NCBI GenBank assembly: GCA_021613535.1
Contig: CP075495.1
Span: forward strand, 8,618,001-8,682,000
Direction of reading: 5' to 3'
Length of the DNA stretch: 64,000 nt
Source: Adineta vaga
Taxonomy: Eukaryota > Animalia > Rotifera
Every line of letters begins with the position of its first letter. Position 1 is the stretch's first letter. This document shows, one piece after another, positions 54,201 through 64,000 of the stretch. A program made the position numbers and the translations under genes. The notes beneath the pieces were generated by a model, which made no database searches, was not told the DNA's origin, and worked only from the letters and a program-made list of their open reading frames with translations.

Positions 54201-56523
54201 AATGACGAAAATAAAGAATTTGTTGAAGTTTCCAATGTAATACCGATCGTCATCTTGAAAGAGTATTGAATAGATGGATATAAGTCAATGAATGTTCTGT
54301 ACCATTAAGCAAAGAAAACTAATGGTTATTTTTCTCCTTCTCATTCCATTGAATATCAAAAAGAAAAAAAGGTAAAATCTATCAGATAGAAGCGAATAGA
54401 ACTAAGAAAATCTTTCGACAACTTCAAACTAGATTTATCTTATTTCTAGAAACATTGTCTTTCGTTTTCTCTCATAGACCACGCTTGCTCAGGATTACTA
54501 CTATCTAAATTTATTTCCGTTCATCACTATTTTTCTTCTTCTTTTCTTGCTTGAAGAAGAGGACGGAGCTAGACAAAAAACAAGAAAGAAGAAGAAGAAG
54601 AGAGAGCTTCCACATGTTTATTCAAATATAGATACTGAAGTAAGCAAGAAGAAGAAATAAGCAATCAAATCTCTTTCTCAATCTTTCTATTCTATTCGTG
54701 TGTAAATGATGCCGACAATTCATCAGTATATGTCATTTGGTTTGTATGCTTTGAAGAAAAAAAAACTCTAGTAGTTCTTAATGAGTTGTTTAGACAGGAA
54801 AAAAGTCAAAAGAAGTTGATGCCCTTATAGAGTAAAATGAGTAAGGAAATCAAAAGGAATTCAATTGACACTATTCTAAAAACAGTTAATTAGATCTATT
54901 CCAATGTATGATACTCGACAATTTAGTATTGAAAAGACATTGTAATAAATATGCGTCGTTTTGATTTCTTTCATGGAACAATCAATGCCTAGATGTAATG
55001 TTAAGTGAACTTTTTCTTTTGTTTTTCTCTCGGAAAACTTTCATTTTAATGAAATTTTTTTGTTTTTAATATACTGATATCTAGTCTATAATTATTTCCA
55101 GCGGTTTTCTATTATTAGAATTGGAAAATTAATGAACAGATTCTATAGAAAATATCATTTGTATAATATATGGTATTACTCAGGAGACATTTGAGGAGAA
55201 TATGTTTCCTATGGAGTTATTAATCTAACTTCGTGAAAAAATCGAATAGATTTGTCAAATATATATTTTATTATTTACTATTTTCATTTAACATCATTTC
55301 AATATTATGATTAGAATCAAGGTCAAAACAACAAAAACAATTGTTTTATAAGATTATTGAATTACTACTTGTTGTACTATTCTATCGAGTATATATTCTC
55401 ATGAGAATATAGTGACATGATGGAGGCTTGACTATACTACTGTTAGATATTATTTTGTATGTATCATTAAGATAACTATATGATTAGCATAATTACCAGA
55501 AATTAAATGATAGATTTATATTGACTAGAAAAAGTTTCTTTTCATCGAAGAAGATTGTTGATAATATCCTAGAAAACTTACGTCGTTTTAAAGAAGCTGC
55601 TTGTAAAATAGCAGTAATAATATCACAATTTCGATGTAATTTAGATAGACTTTTATCACGATGACGAAGATTTTTAACGAGTAATGCATTCGCTTGACTG
55701 ATCTGTTGTTGCATTTGTGAGCATAGATAACGTAAATCTTGTAGATCTAATGAAATCAAAATATTGTTCAAAATGATCATATCTATTGTTGTAATTTAAT
55801 GACACTAAAAAACAACTTTCGTCATCTAGTGAATTTTCATTCTCACAAAGTAGACTGTTAGTTTGTATGTTATTTTCTTAAATAATAAAAATCAAATTTA
55901 CTTTTATTTGCAAGATTTGTTTTTGAAAATCCAACTTCATCATTATTTAATATTGAATCATCACTTAATCGACGTATATTCAGCGATTGATCCGTACAAT
56001 TACCTGTTGTTACTGTATCACTATCTTGAGATGATGATACTCCATAAGTACTATTTTCACGTTCATATATGGCATATAATAATGAATCAATAATTGAATC
56101 TTGTCGAGGAATTGGAAAATTAAATGTTCGTTTTGTAAGATCAGTTGAACCAGCTGAACGTAGCAAATTCTTTGGTGATAAAGATGATGATGAATCTGTT
56201 GAGATTGTTACTGGTAAAGGTGAAGATGATGATGGTGATGGTAGATATCGTGTTGGATTTGTTGGAGTATTAAAAGATAGAGATAATGAACTACTACTAC
56301 TATCAAGAAGTGATAAAGGTGGTGGTGAAGGTAAATTATGATATGAATTATTGCGATTGATTGAAGGATTATTAACTTGATTTGACGGTGATGGTGAATT
56401 AGAAATATGTTTGGATGCTAGTGAAAAGTTTTTTCGACGTGCTCGAAGACTTGATGGTGATTCGATTGATTCAGTCGGTACTGCATTGTCACTTAAATCA
56501 ATTTCACTAAATACGTCCGACAT
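51230..56523 (-). CDS. TBC1D30: Rab-GAP TBC1 domain family member 30-like
   Basis: GFQQWKDA...MPGGVP, IVKDLHRTGCS (Arg finger), LLAFARYNKTIGYCQGLN (Gln finger), YEPPLLNVFTIQWFLTLFATCLP, C-terminal FNPFP. Multi-exon. Confidence 0.88.
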
Positions 56524-57505
56524 AATTATTCAAGTATAAGCTAAAAAAGAAACAAAAGTCAATCGTTTATTTTTATCCAATCGAATATCAAAAAGACATA
56601 TTCTCTACTCAAGGTTAGTTTCATCAATATGATTAGTAAACTATTTATTTTAGATATATACAAGTATGTATGTTGTTATTCGTTTTTATCGGACAAGTGT
56701 GAATAACGATTTCATCGATATTAAAACAGCTGTTCCCATATAAACCAATAAGAAAAAGAAAATTTACCAGAGGACGCTACTAATATAAAACAAATGTCGA
56801 CTCCACTTAGAATTAATGAAGCAATCATTCATTGTCTTCTTTGAATGTTACAGAAGAAGAAGAAGTTGTAACATCTTTCCTATTTCATATCTTATAGAGA
56901 TCAATATATAAAACAACGAAATATTCTACCTACATACATACCATATGATTGTATTTATGATGTGAGCTGTTTTAAATGATTGAGAATATGAATATGAATA
57001 GAAAGGAAGTTTGTCTAAGCTCACAAAAAAAAATTATTAAAGATTTTTGAATAGATATACGATGCTGAAATGAGGTTTAAAATCAAATATATGAATCAAT
57101 TTCATTGACTATTTAAAACATAACTATGCATCTTTTTCCTACAGTAGAACAGTCAAACTAAAAGAATGAACTGAGTACTTAACTGAAGGATGCCAATTAA
57201 ATATATACAAAAAACCTGGATGAACGCAACGCTCGGAGCAAAAGTATGATTTCTTTTCATGTAACAAACTATAACGTATGCATGCACAAACGAATCTTTA
57301 ATGTATTAGTTATTTAAAATCAAACATCTTCATAATTCTATGTGTAATCTCTCTTAACAAATCTCATACTCTCATTTTATGATCCTGTTCGATGAATACG
57401 ATATGTAAGTATAGTTTTTAATACTGTTGGAAGATTAGAAGAAATCTACGTCCATACATTCTTTTTTTATGAGAAAAAAGGAGAAAAAGAACAAAAAATC
57501 TAAGA

Positions 57506-57577
57506 GGGCCTGACCGGGGATCGAACCCGGAACCTCGCGCACCCGAAGCGCGAATCATACCACTAGACCATCAGGCC
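57506..57577 (-). tRNA. tRNA-Pro, anticodon CGG
   Basis: GGCCTGATGGTCTAGTGGTATGATTCGCGCTTCGGGTGCGCGAGGTTCCGGGTTCGATCCCCGGTCAGGCCC: 72 nt, intact cloverleaf, A and B boxes, T-run terminator at ~57493-57498. Confidence 0.97.
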
Positions 57578-58053
57578 GTTCTCATATTTGTCTTCACATT
57601 AGTACACACTAGATGAATTTTTGCAATAAGAATTCATTGTTATTATTACAAATTATATATTATTCTCTTCTGTTCTATGTATCTTATCTACCAAATTGAT
57701 AAATGAAATAATTTTGTGAAAAATATTTAATTTTAAGTATTTGTTTTTTATTATCCTGAGTTTTCTTTTTCTTTGTCGTTGTAATAACATATTCTCTATC
57801 AAATACAAATTGTGACATAAAACACACACACACACATATAGACTTATACATATGTCAAGGAAACGTCATTAAATAAATTACAATGTGTATAACACAGATC
57901 GAAATCGTAGGTAGAGAATACGAAGAAGCAAAACAAAAGAAACTTGAAGGACTAGAAAATGAAAAGAGAAAGGAGATGGAGACGGAGCGTATATAGTAAT
58001 AATGATGATAATAGTAATATTGATTCACAACTAAAAGGAAACAGAATGTAAAA

Positions 58054-61000
58054 TTAAATAACTGTCTCTCGATAACCATGCATTTCAAGAAAAGTATCAA
58101 TTTTCGTTGTTGTTGATGTCGGTAACAATAATGCTTTTGGTAAAAATCCAATTTGTCCATTGTTTTGTTTGCGAACAAGAAAACATGCTCGTCCAACTTG
58201 TTTCAAAACATAAACATAATCGCCACGTTTAACTGAAAATGATGCACGTGAACTTCGATAATCTTTTGTTGTTGTAAATAAAGTCTGCTCAGAATTCGTT
58301 TTATGTTTGACTTTTTCAGAATTTTTATCAACAACTGGTTGAACAAGTGAATCTTTTTCTATTGCATCTAAATTAAGTTCACTAAATTGATCGCATAAGA
58401 TTTCACTCATTGTTCGTGAAGAATGATTTAATTTTTTAGGTAAAATTGAATCACCAACAGAACGTGTTAAACTATTTGGATTCTTTTGTGATAATATTGG
58501 AATTGGTATATCACAGGATAAGCGTCTTTGCTTTAGTAGATGAGATTTTTTTACATTAGATAAAGATGTTGTTGATGATGATAATGATGTTGAAGGTGAA
58601 GATACGGCTGGTGATGGTGAATGACCTTCACTTGATGCACGTTTTGATTTGATTGTAGGTTGTACAGGACGAAATGCACTATGTGAACTACCGAATTGAT
58701 GTTTTTGTTGTTGTTGTTGTTGTTGACGATGATGATTCAAGATGATACTAGCAGGTATTTGTCGATGACTTTTTGGTAAATTATGTATGGTCGGTGTAAT
58801 TCGTTGATATAGATCGTCTTTATCACGACGAACATTTCGTATTAAAGCGAAATCAATTGGACGTGAATTCGGAATAAATTGTGTTAAGAATTGATCATAA
58901 TCATCCTTATCATTGATATAAAATGCACCAAATGAATGACGTTTATTCGTATTATTCGTTAGGATATCACTCATCGATTGGCCGTTGAGAAAAGTATGTC
59001 GATGAATTGTTGGATGTTGTGATCCAATTGTGTGTTGTTGTTGTTGTTGTTGTTGATGTTGACGACGAAGTGAATTATGATATGTAGTAGTTGTATCCGG
59101 AGTTTTGAGAAATGACGAACGTCGAACAGTAGCATAATGTGGCGAAGAAGTTGAATTCTAAAATGAAAAAGAAATGAATCATATTTATCTAAATCTACAA
59201 CTTAGAAAAATATCAAACTGAACTTCAAGATTGGATTCGGAGAAAATTCGTCATTATCATAATTATTTGTTATTCTATGAAGATTAAATTACTTCTGGTA
59301 AATATTGTTTACATGCACTTATTACTTAAATGTTAAACTATACATAGATTTCTTGATGGAAGTTTTAGGAATGAGAGAGAAAAGCTAAATTTGATTACTT
59401 ACACTTGGTATAAGTCACTAGAGTCTACAGAGGAAAAAGGATCTTTTGATTTTGAATGCTTTTTATGCCTTGAGGAGACTTTCGCTCTTTCATTGCCTTG
59501 ATTTCTCCTTGAATACAAAAGTAAATACTATCTACAGAAATCATTTAGGTTTTCAAGGCATCTACATACTGTGTTATATAGGATCATATATTTCATGTTC
59601 TTTCATGCTTAGAAAAATGAACTCAAAAATTGTTAATTATTTATCTTTTTTTTCTCCTTTTTTCATACGATGAAATATATCATGTTTTCACTCATATATT
59701 TTGTGGACCTTTAGAAAGATTCAATCCTATTATTCACTTCAATTTTCCGCATAAATACTGAAGAACTAAAACTCATTAATAATACGATATGACTTTTATT
59801 CATTCAACTAATACATGATTACCATTCATCTTCTATTCACGAATTCATTCATTCGTAAATGAAACAGAAGAAGAAGAAGAACTTAAATTGACATCTCTAA
59901 CCTTCCTGAAACGATTCGCGAGGGTAAAAACATACTTTTGAAATATTGGCTACGGTTGGTAGTTGTTCCGTTTCTGGTGTTATTTGATGTACGAGGAAAT
60001 AAGGTGTTGATTCTGAATAACCTGAATCTTGTGTACTTGACGAATCAGTATCTCTTGGTGGTAGTGGCGCTACTGCTGTGATATCAGCATTGTTTGTTGC
60101 TGATACATCATTTGTTTGATGAATGCTAACAGTTTCAGAATGTTTTGTTCCTACTATTGGCCAATTAATTGAACCTAATGTTAGTCGACGATCTTTCGAT
60201 GATATAAGTGTCGATGATAATGTTGGTGGTAGTAGCGTACATGTATTTCGTCTTTCACGTTCAGCAAAAGTCATATGTGTTAAACGTTTTTTGGAATAGT
60301 CTGTTGATTCGTTTTGATCATGAATAAATGCAGAGCTATGTGATAAATAACGGTTCATCTTTTTCGGCTGTTGTTGTTGTTGTTGTTGTTGATATGGACG
60401 AATAAAACCTTTATTATTCAATGATAATACAGTTAAATCAAGTTCATCTTCTTTGTTTGAAGATGAATCTGTTGAGGATACTGATAAATGATGATGATGA
60501 TGATGATAGAAATTTTTACCATTTGTCGCGGTACAATTTTTATACAATGAACATATTATTCGTGGAATGTATCCAGCTTGTCCAGTTGATTCAATTCGTA
60601 TATAAAGCCATGGACCACGTGAAAATAAAGCTGTAACAATCGTTCCTTTGTTAACAGCAATATGTGCTTGAGCAAATGGTTCAAAATTTTTTCGTACAAG
60701 AACACGTATATTCGCAGGATTCGATTTTGAATATCCGTGTAATAGACTTTCGATGGATCCTTGTCGAGTCATTGATGGTACTGGCATTGTTGTTGCTACA
60801 GCCGAATAACATGATGCATACGATGATGTACGATTTAGAACATTTTGAGACATATAACCAGAATCGTAATCGGTTCGAAATTTGCCAATCGAAGGTGATA
60901 GTTGTGATGTATTTATTGTCGACTAAAGAAATGGGTAAAACATCATGTATAGATTATAGTCTATTTTGCTTTCTTTGATTTTTTTTGTGTATAAATACAA

Positions 61001-63199
61001 TGTTTACTCCGGATTACCTTTAGTCAATAACTATGAATGATGAAGAAAAAAAGGCAAGAAGGTCGTTGTTGACTTGACGGGTTTTTTTCTCTTCTCTTTT
61101 TTCTCACTATGTTTGAGTGACTTTTCTAACTTTGCGTAACTATTTTTCTAGTAGAGATTTTATGTAATATAGCGAACTATGAATATTAAGGAGGAGAAGA
61201 AGAAGAAGAAGAAGAAGAAAGAGAGAAAGAAAGAAGAAACTAAAATCAAGCATGAAATCAAGATGATTAGCTGGTAAGAAAAAGAGATGCAAAATCTGAG
61301 ATGTAGCTCAAATAATCTTATCATATAGAGTATTTATTACTTCTGGTTTTTTCATCATCAGCAGCATCATCGTCTTTCTTTCTTTTTCTTTCTTTTTGTA
61401 GCCTATGTAAATTCTTAATCATGAATAATTAAGTTTCTGTTGTGCACGATGAATGAAAACGAGAATCGAGTCAGAAAAGAAAGAAAATGTGTTTAGAGTT
61501 TTCATTAAAAATCGAGATGAACACATACTGATAATTATGGGAATAGAGTGCACCCCTGAGACTCAAAGATTGAGTCATAATGAACGCAAAATAAAATAGA
61601 AAAATTTGATCAAGATAACTACGCGTATTAATATTATTTTTGTCTTAGTTATGATGAATATAATCCGATGAGATATGGACGAATGATGTGCTATATAAAT
61701 GCGCTTATTGTTATCTTCTTCTTCTCAATAGATAATAATGACTGAGAAGATCTATAACTTCATTCGTATGTCAGCAAGTTAAGTCAAGTCACTTGTGAGA
61801 ATTGACATCGTCGAAAACAAATGTCAACGACTGGACTACTGATTACATCAAAAAAAATAGAAGAATTGTTACTATCGAATGCATACGTATACATAATCTG
61901 ATTACAAATTGATAAATGATAAAATCAAACGAGGAGAAGAAGAAGAATCTCTATTGAATTTATATGGTTTTTTTTGTTCTATTCGAAAGAATCATCAGTC
62001 AATATAATAAAGTTGTCTATACTAATGATGATTATATCATACTTGTTTCCTTTTAAATATTCTTTCGATGATTACAATTGTATTACATGATGATGATGAA
62101 AAAGAAAGAAAAAAGTTAATTTGTTCTATGGTCTATCGTTGTTAAAGAACGACAACGCCTGCTCTTAATTCTTGTTATGTGTCTATGTATTGATGATGGA
62201 TGGAAGAAGTGTCACAAGGCAAGTCGAAACAAGACGATGATGTAATAGATCTTTTCTTTATTCTTTCTATCTTGTAATTTATACTTACAGAACCAACTTC
62301 TTTATTATTTGAATTTTGTTGATAATGACGTGGACGCAATGACGTTGGTAAAAGATTAAATAAGGAACGACAATGCTCATCGGTTTTGTTCAAAGTACTT
62401 TTGCCTATTATTTTACGATATGGTCGCCGATGATGATGTTGATGATGGAGCGTTTCCGTTCGTCGTGATGGTGTTGGTGGTAATGGTTTTAGATCAATCA
62501 CAGACGCAGATATTCTGCTGGGTGTTGTACCAAGTGTAGTTTCATCTTTATAAGCTAAATGACAATAATCAACAGTTAGTGCTATTGTGAACAATAAAAT
62601 AATTGAAACATATCGGATTTCCGTTCATGTAGTATATAGTAATATCGAATGCATTATTTATTCTCGCGTGATTTCATTTTTTGACATTGTCAACTACGAA
62701 TATTATATATATATATATATATATGCAGACAGAAAAAGGCCAAGGCAAAAGAACCTTGTCTTTTAACGAGAACTAATCAAACAAATTCACGATTTCTTTC
62801 TTTCAATGAACATTTCCTTTAGCTAATATTGACCATGCTTTTTATATTAGCTATCTATATCTTCTACAACATTGAAAACTTAGTGCTTATATCACATCTC
62901 ATTAATGCTTGTCTCGTCCAAGTCTTTAGAGTGAAGTATAAGCCAAAGGGAAATGCTTATCTTCTCATGTATCGTATCTATTTGATATGATTTGAGGCAT
63001 TCTATAGACGTCATTCATTAGTATGATCGTCTGTACAAAACACATGTAGTCAATATAAGGTGAAATGATGCCAGCTGTGTTCTATATCGACAGAGTGAAA
63101 GAGAAAGATATCGAGTGCATGTCTTCGAATGAAAGAACAAAAATAATAAGAAAACTTACCAGTATGCTTACATAAAATCTCTTTGATTTTTTTCCACAT
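58054..63199 (-). CDS. Two-SH3-domain adaptor protein with low-complexity (poly-Q/H) linkers, 4 exons
   Basis: Phase-consistent exons 63199-63160 (MWKKIKEILCKHT), 62581-62289, 60922-59936, 59157-58054. SH3-1: VRKNFEP...IAVNKG...PWLYIR...GQAGYIP. SH3-2: TTKDY...FSVKRGD...GQIGFLPKA. Confidence 0.75.
61195..61218. repeat. (GAA)n microsatellite
   Basis: Direct inspection. Confidence 0.7.
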
Positions 63200-63515
63200 C
63201 GTCAAACGTTAGTAAAATTCTCGTTGCTCAATTAATCAATTAAATTAATGTTGTTGTTATTGGTGTTGTTGTTGTTGTTACTATTAATATTTTTTGTTTT
63301 TATCATATTCAAAACGGTAATGGTGATAGGAGAAAAAGACAAATAGGATGTCAAAAGCAGTAACAATCTGTAATAAATGAAAATCATTTTTAATCAAAAA
63401 AAGTGTAACATGTGAAGTTATTGACATCGATGTGTGTTCATGCAACATTACATATATATATATATATATAAACTTGAATGCAGATGTATGTGTGCGTCTT
63501 CTAGACACATACATG

Positions 63516-63537
63516 CACACACACACACACACACACA
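63516..63537. repeat. (CA)n microsatellite
   Basis: Direct inspection. Confidence 0.8.
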
Positions 63538-64000
63538 TATGATTAGAGCTAAACACAAAGGCACATAAGAATAAGAAGAGGGAGAGAGAGTGAGATGACG
63601 GAGAAACGAGGGAGGGAAAGAGACGATTTTCATTTTTCAGCTACGAAGAAAGAATAAAAGCAGAGACTATGGAAGCATCAACACACACAGTCGGGAACAA
63701 AAAATAGAAAAGAAAACAGACAGAATGAAGACTATATATATATATATATGTAAAACATAACTGAATTTTTTACGATCTTACATTGTCAATCGGTCCGTAG
63801 ATTAAGCATTCGAGCGCAACTCATCAGAAAGCTGTTCGACGATTGCAGCAATACAATAAAAACAAAATCGGTCAGAGAATAGATGAAAGAAAATAATGTC
63901 CATGCCACTTCATCTTTTCTTGTCACATCATGTACTTTTACATAAACAATCTGACGTCGCCAACGACAAGACTCATATAGACTGCAGAGTAGCTGAAAAA

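Noticed and set aside
61560-61577. GACTCAA-AGA-TTGAGTC hairpin
   Set aside because: A 7-bp stem is expected by chance in 64 kb.
62175-62594. 139-aa ORF as an independent gene
   Set aside because: Bounded by an acceptor and a GTAAGT donor in phases matching exon 2 of the SH3 gene.

Overview
AT-rich, gene-dense eukaryotic (animal) DNA with many short (~50-60 nt) GT-AG introns. Composition, intron size and gene style suggest a bdelloid rotifer (inference, not proven). About 22 protein genes are present. In order: the 3' part of a TRPA-like channel, glass, RBBP4/7, TTLL1, PSMA1-VTA1-FIS1, a fucosyltransferase-like gene split by a 1.1-kb foldback DNA transposon, an orphan membrane-anchored protein, an AMPA-like glutamate receptor, ERGIC2 / TAF5-like WD40 / MIC19, RSRC1-like, EXOSC1 (frameshifted), eIF4E, AASDHPPT, an orphan GPCR, CEP41 with a nested antisense cystine-knot hormone gene, a lineage-specific coiled-coil protein, a divergent FoxN, TBC1D30 and a two-SH3 protein. 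There is also one tRNA-Pro(CGG). The most interesting signals are: (1) operon-like co-oriented clusters where downstream ATGs sit just behind splice acceptors (31-nt gap before ERGIC2), suggesting polycistronic transcription with SL trans-splicing; (2) a recent subterminal-repeat transposon inserted at a palindromic site resembling its own repeat; (3) His at the Q/R site of the iGluR; (4) a duplicated 27-nt microexon in the FIS1 tail anchor; (5) a shared CTCF-like 13-mer in divergent promoters. Gene identities come from recognising motifs by eye; no database search was run.
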